In this document: piece by piece, positions 11,661-22,296 of the stretch | How the letters are laid out: the number at the start of each line of letters is the position of its first letter | Position numbering within the stretch: position 1 is the stretch's first letter | Assembly (NCBI RefSeq): GCF_006345805.1 | Contig: NC_043001.1 | Span: 55,056,001 to 55,120,000 of the forward strand | Direction of reading: 5' to 3' | Length of the DNA stretch: 64,000 bases | Source of the DNA: Octopus sinensis | Taxonomy: Eukaryota | Made by a program: the position numbers and the translations under genes | The notes under the pieces: generated by a model | The model's database searches: none | What the model was told of the DNA's origin: nothing | What the model saw: the letters and a program-made list of their open reading frames with translations, nothing else

Positions 11661-11858
11661 TGTGTTTGTCACCCAACATCGCTTGACAACCAATGCTGGT
11701 GTTTACGTCCCCGTAACTTAGCGGTTCGGCAAAAGAGACCGATAGAATAAGTACTAGACTTACAAAGAATAAGTCCTGGGGTCGATTTGCTCAACTAAAA
11801 GATGGTGCTCCAGCATGGCCGCAGTCAAATGACTGAAACAAGTAAAAGAATAAAGAAT
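11470..11858 (+). mobile_element. Composite SINE, 5'-truncated, with internal (TG)n
   Basis: Same modules as 9699-10079. Confidence 0.85.
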
Positions 11859-12077
11859 GTCTACGTATACACGCACATACACATGCTAATATACTCATCC
11901 ACGCACCACTACGCTCATATATACATCTCGACACTCACACACACATACATACGTAGGTATACAATACGTGGTTTATATGCATATACATACGCGGAAAACG
12001 TGTATACAAATAAAAACACATACGTAAAAACGCACGCATCAAGATGCTCATATACACATCCCTATATACACATACGT

Positions 12078-12316
12078 GGAGGCGCAATGGCCCAGTGGTT
12101 AGGGCAGCGGACTCGCGGTCGTAGGTTCCCAGACCGGGCGTTGTGTGTTTTATTGAGCGAAAACACCTCTTTCGCCACAACTTTCTCTCACTCTTTCTTC
12201 TGTTGGCCTGCTCGCTTAGCCAGTGGGGTGGCGTCATTCGAAGGCTAAAACAATGCAAAGCGCATTGTGACCAGCGATGTGTAGCAACATGTGATAGTCT
12301 GGTCGGTCACGGGGAT
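12078..12316 (+). mobile_element. tRNA-derived SINE (second family, B-box partly deleted)
   Basis: ggaggcgcaatggcccagtggttagggcagcggactcgcgg head, with no complete cloverleaf. Confidence 0.75.
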
Positions 12317-12667
12317 ATATACATACGCGGATATACAAAAACGTAGTCTATACGCACATGCATACACGGATAGACGTAAATACAAATAAATACACATACG
12401 CAAAAAAAGCCATAAACCGTAAAACATTCACCATCGCCGCAAAACTTTAATATACAAATCAGTTATATATGTATATACACAAATACACCACCCTGTCTGA
12501 CAAACACATCTACACCTGCGTATATATAACGTATATTATACATACAAATATGTGTGTATAACGTATATACGTTATATGTCTGCAGGTGTAAATGTATTTG
12601 CGCGCATAAACACATACACATACATAGCTACTGAAGCTGGTTCCTCTCTCCCTGTCTCTCTCTCTAC

Positions 12668-12757
<90 letters not shown>
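12668..12757. repeat. (TA)n microsatellite
   Basis: About 90 bp of TA with one G interruption. Confidence 0.98.
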
Positions 12758-12760
<3 letters not shown>

Positions 12761-12776
12761 CTGGGGTAAGTCATCA

Positions 12777-12933
12777 AGGGCAGACCCAAAGGGATGGAGA
12801 CCTGCGGGGACACATGCCCCGCTCAAGATAAGAAGTGTACCCTTCTAAATAATGTTATCACGCCTTTTCTCATGGAATTGTATTCTCTTCCAACCTTGTG
12901 CTCTCCTTTCGAAAAATTCCTGGGACCACGCCT
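12777..12933. mobile_element. hAT-type MITE
   Basis: Degenerate TIRs agggcagacccaaaggga / ttcctgggaccacgcctg. Confidence 0.5.
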
Positions 12934-13098
12934 GGTCCATACTGCCTTAATATCCAACACACACACCGGTTTAATTTCCAATCATTTATTATTTATATTA
13001 TTTGTTTCCAAAATTATAGTTGCTTTTGCAACCTTGTGTGTGTTGTTGTTATTATTATTATTATTATCATTATTAGCCCTGGTGGTAAATAAAAGAAA

Positions 13099-13141
<43 letters not shown>

Positions 13142-13608
13142 ACATGCGACTAGGATAAGTTTGATTTGTTTACTAAAATCAAAAAGAAGAAAATTGAAAT
13201 GTCAATATCACTGTTGACGTCTGCTTCGCTTTTGTGACGGATTAGAATATCACGTGACTGATAAGGGCTAAATGCAGTTCCTAATAATCAATGGCTAATA
13301 AATTTATAAAAAATCAACAAAACGATTTATAATTGATTGATATTAAGGCGTTTTTAAATTTTCGAAGCACTAACAATTAAAAAGAAATTAAAAATAGCTT
13401 CTTTGATATTTAAGTTTGTTTTATATTTCTACCGTACGAAACGATACACAGACATACAAATACATGTATTCACACATTTAAAAAAAAGTATTATTAATCT
13501 AAACCCATATATATTTTTCATGTGAGGAAATAATAATTCTAAAAATTTTTATGACAAATAAAAACAATAATTGGACAGGAAAAGAATTTTTTTTCTTTCA
13601 CGTTCTCG

Positions 13609-13618
13609 ACCGGAAGTG
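13609..13618 (+). promoter_or_regulatory. ETS/GABP-type motif ACCGGAAGTG, 80 bp upstream of the COX7B-like start codon
   Basis: Exact ETS consensus in CpG-containing unique sequence, with no ATG between it and 13698. Confidence 0.55.
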
Positions 13619-13697
13619 ATTTTCCTGAAGGTCAAAGGAACGGAGAAATTCTTCAAGGTGTTTCGTGTGTCTTCAGTTAACCACCCAGAGACCAAAA

Positions 13698-13746
13698 ATG
13701 CTTCCCAGGGTCTTACCTCTTGCTAATTCTTTGAGGACGACAGTTA
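13698..13746 (+). CDS. COX7B-like (prag01-domain) gene exon 1, MLPRVLPLANSLRTTV, presequence-like
   Basis: AAAAATG start context, 49 nt ending in phase 1 at a GTAAGT donor. Arg/Ser/Thr/Leu-rich with no acidic residues. Frame-compatible with the exon at 26469. Confidence 0.8.
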
Positions 13747-14233
13747 GTAAGTAACATAATGGAAATAGTCTAGTTTATCCCCATCTCTTTCTCTTTTTCT
13801 TTTACTTGCTATTTTTCTCTATGCTTTCATATATTAACTTTCTCTTTCTATATATTTGTTAACCCTGTCTCCCCTTTCAACAAAGTTACTTGCGTTCTTC
13901 CAGATTGCCTTAAAGCAGACAAAACTATTAGACAAAATGCTTGCGGTATTATTCTGAATTCAAATGATGCCGAGACTAGCTTTGACTCTCATTCTTGCGG
14001 GTTCGATAAAAATAATATTCAATCAGATACTGAAATAGATTCAATACCTTCCATACTGCAAAATAACAATTTAATCCACTTTAAGACCAACGCAGACCAC
14101 TATTTTTATTCGGGTTCCGTAGATTCACCCCACCCCCTGCATTTATGTATATATATATATATATATATATATGGTGATCTATGTTTATATTTATATATAT
14201 ATATATATATATATGGTGATCTATGTTTATATT

Positions 14234-14269
<36 letters not shown>

Positions 14270-14668
14270 ATATATAGATATATATATATTCGACGTTCTG
14301 ATCCACTAACTGGACTGGTACCTTATTTCTCGATCCCTGCAAGAATGAAAAAGTTGAAGCAGATGGGAAGATGGGATTTGAACTCAGAATGTAGCGGACC
14401 GCAACGGATGGTGCATGGCATTCGTTTTATCCATATATTTCTCATATATATATATATTTCCTGAGCGCCATACTAATACAATTGTTTGTTTGTATTCCAC
14501 CTGCCTTCGTCTTTTGTTTATTTCCGTAAACCTGCCTTCGTCTTTTGTCTATTTTCATAAAGCTTCCCGTTATATATATATATATATATCGGGAGTGAGA
14601 TAGACATGTATAGATATAAATAGATATGAATATCAAGAAGCCCATTCTAAAACAGTAATAATATTTAG

Positions 14669-14814
14669 AAGGTAGTTTGTTGTGACCGGTTAGAGAGTGA
14701 CCATTGGTTTCGCACCTAAATAAGGCGCTTCGCTATATTGTCACCTATACAGCTAAGCGCCTTATAGGTGCGAAATTCATGGTCACTATCTGACCAGCTA
14801 TAACAAACAACCTT
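14669..14814. mobile_element. Foldback MITE with ~65-bp imperfect arms; a half copy lies at about 4646-4710
   Basis: aaggtagtttgttgtgaccgg...tttcgcaccta / taggtgcgaaa...ccagctataacaaacaacctt. Confidence 0.75.
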
Positions 14815-14817
14815 ATA

Positions 14818-14878
<61 letters not shown>

Positions 14879-14918
14879 TAGAAGAAATGAGGTAATCAGA
14901 AGATCGGATGGTTCATAT

Positions 14919-15112
14919 TTATAGATATTTATATATTACATTTTTTACATATATATATCATATCATTCAGATTATTAGCGCTTTCTCCCATTCTAGTGGG
15001 GTTTTCAAATCAAATTTGATTTGAAAACCCCACTAGAATGGGAGAAAGCGCTAATAATCTGAATGATATGATATATATGTAAAAAATGTAATATATAAAT
15101 AAATATCTATAA
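14919..15112. repeat. Spacer-less palindrome, arms ~96-98 bp
   Basis: Centre caaatcaaa|tttgatttg (15014/15015). The arms differ only by one AT unit and one 4-bp indel. Confidence 0.95.
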
Positions 15113-15152
15113 TATCTGTACATCATCTCCAAACCTTCCAATATATATATAT

Positions 15153-15478
15153 ATATATACCAATTAAGGACTGAACACGAAAAGTGGACAGTCAACATGC
15201 TAGATATAGACGTCAAATCGCCATTCACCACAAAAGATTATGTTCTCAGATCAAACTCAACACAAAACCATAGCAATAAACAAGTGAAAAATATACGAAA
15301 TAAAATAATTACTTTATTATAATTATTTTATTTCGTATATTTTTCACTTGTTTATTGCTATGGTTTTGTGTTGAGTTTGATCTGAGAACATAATCTTTTG
15401 TGGTGAATGGCGATTTGACGTCTATATCTAGCATGTTGACTGTCCACTTTTCGTGTTCAGTCCTTAATTGGTATATAT
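15153..15478. repeat. Perfect inverted repeat, 159-bp arms, 8-nt spacer
   Basis: 15153-15311 is the exact reverse complement of 15320-15478 (checked base by base); spacer ctttatta. Confidence 0.97.
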
Positions 15479-16569
15479 AAATATTTTAATCTTCGGATTC
15501 TTTTTTAATATGCTAGACCACTGGTCTTAATTGATAAATATCAATTTCTACCCTTAATTAATTATATATATATATATATATATATGAGTATGTGTGTATA
15601 TATGTTATGTGGGCGTGTATTATAGACAATTGTTTGATGCAGCGACCTTCATTTATTTTTTCAAAGTTATTTCTCTGCACAACCAATGTAGTCTCAGGTA
15701 GCTTTAATCCAGCAGTCGTTCCGTTTGTGATCGGCTTGCTATTTTTGCTTTTTTTTTTGCATAAATTACATTGTGTATTATAATTTTTTCTTATGTTAAA
15801 AACTAAAATGTGATGTAAGGGAGATTTGGTTGCTATTTCGCTGGAGTGCTAGTTTGAGGTGACGAGCTAATGACTTTGTGGAGTTTCGGATCAGGATGCC
15901 CACATAAGTTGAATTTTCTGCGTTTTGACGGAGATTTTTCTCCAATTCGTCTAATCTTCTAAAAATAGCGGTCAAATGGCCTTCAAATTACACTACTGTC
16001 TTAACAAAATGTGATACGTTAGATAATACAGTTTAAAATATCCAGCTAAAAAATTAGATCGTGACGGCTGAAATATTGTTAATCGTAGGTCAGCTTGAAC
16101 AGGACAGACCTGGGGTTAAATAGCGACCATGAGCAACCGGATATCTGGCACGTAAACTGTTTCCTTTAAACCCCAGACCAGTTGTTTTTAAGCAGACTTC
16201 TTATTTAATCACCAAAGGAACTCCAGCCGCGACCAACTTGTCTTACAGATTTCTGCGACTACACTCTGATGAATTTTTTTTAAAGAAACGTAACTGCTTT
16301 AATAGAGATTTGGCTGCTATCTCTAACAGTTTGAACGATCACTTAGAGGCTCATGTGTGCTGTCCAAGGTGTCCTTCACTGTTTTGAAGATTGTAGGGTA
16401 GATTTGGCTGCCATTTCTATGCTTCTCGAGCTACCACATTTAGAAACCCTCTCAGTATAAGGAAGCAGTCAGACAACGAAGTGCAATCTATAGTTGCAGA
16501 GCTCGAAATAACCCGTGCCTCAGACAGGTTGAAGAAATGTTTCATTGTTCTCTTTGATGTGCAGTTCGG

Positions 16570-17290
16570 CTGTTAAAAATGGAGATATTTGAAGAAGTTC
16601 GATTCACAACCAAATGGTTCACGGTTCAATCCCACTTTGGCGGCAGTTTGGGCAAATAACACGTGCAGTACTTTGTGAGTGGAATTTATGAGACAGAAAC
16701 TGCACAAGCCCGTTTTGTGTGTGTGTATTTAAAAAAATTTTTTTTTTTTACTTGTTTCAGTCACTGGACTTCGGTTTTGCTGGTGTACCGCCTTGAAGGG
16801 TTTGGTCGTACAAATCGACCCCACCACTAATTTTTTTTTTTAAACCTGGTACTTATTCTATCGGTTTACTTTTACCGAACCGCTAAGTTACGGGGACATA
16901 AACAAACCAACCAACACCAGTTATCAAGCAGTGTGGGTGGACAAACACAAAGGCGCGCACGCACACACACACTCATATTATCATCATCATTTAACGTCCA
17001 TTTTCCATGCTGGTGTGGGTTTGGTTGGGACTGATAAGCTGGAGAGCTGCACTAGGCTTCAGTCGTCTGTTTTGACTTTGTGTCTACGGGTGGATGCCCT
17101 TCCTAACGCCAACCACTTTACAGAGTGTACTGAGTGCCTTCATCTGTGTCACCGACACTGGCAATGATCACAATTCACTTGGCTTCTCAAGCACAGTAAA
17201 TCGCCAGAAGTCTCAGTCACTTGTCATTGCCTCAATGAGGCTCGGCAACTGAAGATCATATTTTGCCACCTTGTCCCACGTCTTCCTGAA
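16570..17290. mobile_element. Cluster: SINE head (+, 16570-16715), SINE tail module (-, 16745-16950), RTE 3' end (-, 16980-17290)
   Basis: Similarity to the better-preserved copies at 9699, 11470 and 28650. Confidence 0.75.
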
Positions 17291-17309
17291 CATCTCTCTC
17301 TCTCTCTCA

Positions 17310-17367
<58 letters not shown>

Positions 17368-17856
17368 TATATATATACATAATTCTCTACTATTTCTAAT
17401 TCCTCTCCTGTTGATTCTTTTTCCTTAAAGAACTCTGTCTGGAACTCTAGATTTTCCACTCCCCACGACAAATCCACTGTACTCATTTTATTGATTTTGG
17501 TATACATACACACACACACACGCACGTACATGTATACTCACACATAACAGGCTTCCACACACTTTCCTTCTACCAAATTTACTCACAAGGTATTGGCCCA
17601 TCTGGAGCTATAGTGGAAGCTCAAGGTGCTGTGTAGTGAGACTGAACCCAAAGCTACGTGTTTGCAAAGTGAGCTTAACTGTACAGCCATGTCTCCACTT
17701 GTATTTGTCTATGTTCAAAAACCTGCCACTGGCCACTGAGTTTTTTCTCTTAGATCATTTTTTTTTTTGCTTGACTTATGCAAATTATCTAGGCCATAAA
17801 CATGTTCTACTCCTTTTGTATAATAAGATTGGAAAGATTGGAAATAAGATTGGACT

Positions 17857-17905
17857 ATAGTTGTCCTGATGATGCTTATTGAGGCAGAAATATAACCACA
17901 GCTAT
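17857..17905 (+). ncRNA. Degenerate hammerhead ribozyme (likely inactive)
   Basis: atagttgtc-CTGATGA-[TGCTT attg AGGCA]-GAAA-tataac-cacagctat. Stem I pairs 8/9, but U16.1 appears mutated to A. Confidence 0.55.
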
Positions 17906-18320
17906 CTTCTTATCAGCAGATGATAAGGTTGTCCATTTCCTTAGTAGCATATCAACTTTGGAGGATTCATGATTCCTTAGATTATCTCCCCTTCTCATAT
18001 GGAGCTGGTTTAACTCTTGTTATCACATCTCTACTGAGAAACACTGCCTTTGTTCCAATTAATTTTGAAAATAATAAAGAATTTAGTGTTATTACGCTGG
18101 TGTTTGGAAGATAAATTATGGAATTTTGATGGAAAGTTTTAATGTAAATGTCTTTAAAGCATAAGTTTATATCACAGAACCAAGGCCAGTCTCAGGTAGG
18201 TTGGTATAAAAAGGGCTAAATTACCATTTGGTAATAGTGACACATCTTCAAGACGTGAAGATAAATCAAGAATTTATGTTGTATGGTATTTGATATATCT
18301 GTATTTATGTGTGTGTGTCT

Positions 18321-18369
<49 letters not shown>

Positions 18370-19649
18370 GCAAACATTGTCTATTAGGCTATTTAGCTTT
18401 AAATTATTTCAAATGGGCGTATTTTCAGCATTGTCAACATTTGATCATGTGATTAAGGTTGAACTAAATCTTTTGCAAATATTGGATGGTCTTAACTAGC
18501 CAATCAGTGTCTGAGCTACTGTTTTTATTCCAGAACAGAAAAATTTTCTTCCTGCTCACCAATCGTTATATAAGGAATGGTCTCTCACTCTATAGAGCAG
18601 AGTGGAGAGAGAGAGACAAGATCAAAAGCCAAGTGAACATCTTTCTATTTTTTTTCCTGTTGCCAACGCTGCCCCGCACACAGAACTGAGCCATGAACAT
18701 GCTACAGAATTTCAACTATGACGCATCATCCACTGTTCCAAATATAGTTAGTTAAAATTACCAAACTAGTTACTTCTTAGTATGTGAGACTTTTGCTGTG
18801 TATTTTTATAATGGATTTTAATGAATAACAGTCACATTGAATTTACCTGGTTCTTGTCAGGGGTGGGGAAACTTTTTCGTGCAGCGGGCAAAAATTTCAA
18901 AGAAAAAGGTCTGTGGGTGGATCACAAGTTCTAACTCTTATATTTGTGTAAATCTTATATATATCTATGTATAATTCGATATACATTAATAAATATAAGT
19001 TTAAGACATTAAATTAATGCATAACATCGGCATTAATGCTGCCACTGAATTTAAGATGTTTATATTACTTACGAGATATTCTATATTTTTCAGGTAGAGT
19101 GTAGTTGGGCCTCAAGGAGGTGGGACAGACCTAGCAATATGTTTTATAGTGAAAACAAAATTTCCATTCAAATGGCAATTACAGAGTAAAAGGTGGATGA
19201 TTTTGTTTAAGTCTAACTGTTGTAGTATACCAGCCTACAGGTGCAATAAAATGGGCTCATGGGTGCAATTGCACTGATGGGTGGGTGGGGTTCTCCACCT
19301 TTGAGCTACAGTAACTTCAGGTGCATGGACTTGACCAGTTAATGCATAACCAACACACAGCTACAAGAATCAGCCACAGTTAACTTAACCAATGGCCTTT
19401 TTATATATATATATATATATAATAGCTAGCAAGGACACAGTATTTCATTTTGCAAATATAATATACTGTCAAGTATATTAGAGGTTTACTAATCAATATT
19501 GTCTTACTTTTGTGTTAACAGTATGATGATATTCTCATTCTTAACTTTATCTCTACAGATTTTTTATACAATTCAAATCCAACACTGAAGGTTGTTTTGT
19601 ATACGAATGCATTTAGGAAAGAAAATGCAATCAAAGATAGAAAAAAATT

Positions 19650-19700
19650 GGTAATGGATATATATTTCAAGAAGTATTCTTCTTTCATCAGTATGTCATT
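19650..19700 (-). ncRNA. Hammerhead core (left arm of an inverted Penelope-like repeat); stem I disrupted
   Basis: CTGATGA-[AAGAAG aata CTTCTT]-GAAA-TATATA-T-C with a palindromic stem III. Confidence 0.55.
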
Positions 19701-19991
19701 CAACCCATCAACTATTCACAAACGCATTGCTTAAATATCCACTAAGTTTAGCAGTGTAACACTATCATATAACTAGACCAATTTATGTGTTAAACATATT
19801 TGTAGTAATTATTATATAACTATATTAATTGTTAGTAAGGTTAGTAATAGTAATATTTCGTTTTACAACCATAATATGCTATCAAGTATATCAAAGGTTT
19901 ACAAGGTAATATTGTGTCTTACATTTGTGTTAGCATTGCACTAAACTTAGTAGGTATTTAAGCATTGCATCCATGGATAGTTGATGAGCTG

Positions 19992-20048
19992 GGTGTGGTG
20001 CTGATGAAAGAGCAATGACTCTTGAAATATGCACATTCACTCATCACC
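19992..20048 (+). ncRNA. Near-intact type I hammerhead ribozyme candidate
   Basis: ggtgtggtg-CTGATGA-[AAGAG caatga CTCTT]-GAAA-TATGCACA-T-T-cactcatcacc. All conserved core nucleotides are present, and stem I has 9 bp with two bulged U. Confidence 0.6.
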
Positions 20049-20382
20049 GGTTTTTTCTTCAATCGTCCATGCTAGCATGGAGAACGGACGTTAAACGATG
20101 ATGATGATGATGATTTAGAGAGAGAGAAAGCAATAAGAAAATGGAGGGGTCAATAAGTGGTTCATCAACTTTTAGACATTATATTATGTCAATTTATTTA
20201 TTTATTTATTCATTTACTAAAGTGACAATTACAAGAATATACAATTACAAGAATATATGTGTATTACAAGAATATATGTGTATTACTAATTGGGTATTCT
20301 ACCAGCAGTGTATTGGATAGATATTATCCCTTAGTTGGTTGGATTCACAACCTCTAACTTTCTTGGAATATATATATATATA

Positions 20383-20622
20383 TAGGGTTGGTGCATAATT
20401 ATTGTGATTTTTTTTCAACAAAAACAATAACAATATTTAACAAAAACATCTTTAAATGATGGTTTAACCATCTGCCAAGCAAATGGTAAGCAGTAATTGA
20501 AGTAGATGGTGAATATGTCCCAGAATAATCATTTAAAGATGTTTTTGTTACATGTTTTTATTGTTTTTGTTGAATGGAAATTTGTTGAAAAAAAAGCTGC
20601 AATAATTATGCACCAACCCAAT
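20383..20622 (+). mobile_element. Mariner-derived MITE
   Basis: TIRs gggttggtgcataattattg / caataattatgcaccaaccc in a TA context. The interior encodes the mariner C-terminus HLPSKW*AVIEVDGEYVPE*. Confidence 0.88.
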
Positions 20623-20629
20623 ATATATA

Positions 20630-20815
20630 CATACTCAGAGTTGCTGAAGCATGGAATAAACTGCCTGCGTCAGTTGTTGACTGCCATGACACTGCATCCT
20701 TTAAGGCCCTCATGCTTTCCGAAATCTGCCGAAACTACACCTGATTATATATACACTTTAGACGAGTTGTAGTGCACCTGAGCACTGTACACATTATTAT
20801 TATTATTATTATTAT
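20630..20815 (+). mobile_element. CR1 LINE 3' terminal fragment
   Basis: RVAEAWNKLPASVV...; ends gtgcacctgagcactgtacac(att)n like the element at 24788. Confidence 0.8.
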
Positions 20816-21061
20816 TATACACACACATATATATGTCTTTTATTTCTTTACTTGTTTCAGTCATTAGACTGTGGTCAAGCTGGAGCACCACCTTCAAGAA
20901 TTTTTAGTTAAATGAATCAACCCCAGTATTTATTAAAGCCTGATATTTATTCTATCAGTCTTTTTTGCCAGACCACGAAGTTATGGGGACCTAAACATAC
21001 TACCACCAGTTGTCAAGCAGTGGTAGGACAAAGACACACACATATATATCTATATACACAT

Positions 21062-21693
21062 ACTAGCTGACGTACCTGGTAATTCCTGGAAAAATGGGGC
21101 TTATCCCTTGGTTTCATTCTTATAATTGTTTTGCTAATCCAATAACAACAATACAAAGTATGTAGTCCTTGAAACGGTTTTTGTGCATTTACAGAGAATA
21201 CCAAACTGTCTTACATAGGATCTTGTTTTTATGAAATCCCAATAAGCTATGAATACCTAATTCATGAAGTCAGTTACGTAATAACATGAAATTAGTTAGC
21301 TGATAAGAATTCAAATAAAGTAGCCCCAGAAAGGGCTTTAATGCATTCCCAGAGTATATAGAACTTAGGAGGAAATACCAATAAGGTATGTATACCAAAA
21401 TTGTGAAGCATGTTATGTAATAACAGGCTAATCGGATATGAGATAATAACAATTCAAAGTAAATAACTCTTCAAAGGGCTTTTGTGTGTTCCCAGAGAAT
21501 ATAACCCTTAGGGGCGCTAGTGTTGAAATAGATTTACAATGAATGTAGAAACGAATTGACATTTAGTTTTACAGTAGACATACAAATAAATTTGCATGTA
21601 GATTTTAAAATAAAAGTTTCACGAAAATTCATTAATGAGTGTAGATGGCAACAGACATCTAGACAAACAACTTACATCTATATATGTATAGAT
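21062..21693 (+). mobile_element. Second Helentron-associated (HINE-like) element with a degenerate ~140-bp internal tandem
   Basis: Starts ACTAGctgacgtacctgg and ends tatatgTATAGAT; ccaataag...ttcccagag occurs twice. Confidence 0.55.
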
Positions 21694-22060
21694 GATGGGC
21701 TGCTTTTGCTTTCCATCTATCAAATCCATTCCCAGGAACCATATAGTTGTAAAGCAAGCTTCTTATCACACATCTACATCTATCTATATGTATATATATA
21801 TATATACATACAAACATACATACACTGTGGGGTACCCATATATAAACGGTTCTCTAAGCAAACAAATTAAATAATGAATGGCTTTTTGAAGAAAATTAAA
21901 CCCACATATCAAACTGAAATTTGATCATCAAACTAGAAGCAAATAATGCATGCGTTTAAGTGACTCTGAGACCATTTGCTGAAATTTGAACAACAGACAA
22001 TGAGTAGACTGCACACCTATATATAAATGCTGGGAGAGTGAATATGAATGATAAACTAAA

Positions 22061-22296
22061 TTTGTGTTTCTCAACCATTGTTTACCTATGGACCCCTGTG
22101 ATTCCTATTTTACATGTATGGACCCTCCTAGCCATTCACTATTTAAAAAGTCCCATTATATTTTTTATTATTAAATATCATTAGGAATGGTACAAAAAAA
22201 TTCTTAGAATATTTTGTGTGTAGTAGAAGTACAACCAATTTATTGCAGATAAATTTTAACATCAAAATTTTATATGGACCCTGGTTGAGAACCATT
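22061..22296. mobile_element. hAT/Charlie-type MITE
   Basis: Termini gtgtttctcaacc ... ggttgagaacca. Confidence 0.7.

Larger units (their letters stand above)
19650..20048. mobile_element. Penelope-like inverted pLTR pair
   Basis: 19701-19762 is an inverted homolog of 19927-19992, and each arm continues outward into a hammerhead motif. Confidence 0.6.

Noticed and set aside
16262-16300. CTGATGA...GAAACGTA possible minimal hammerhead
   Set aside because: Stem II is only T/A runs with a mismatched base pair and stem I pairs poorly; too degenerate to call.
19559-19650. Possible cassette exon in COX7B-like intron 1 (ctctacag|AT...TTG|gtaatg)
   Set aside because: It would enter in phase 1 and exit in phase 0, frameshifting exon 2, and it overlaps the Penelope-like repeat.
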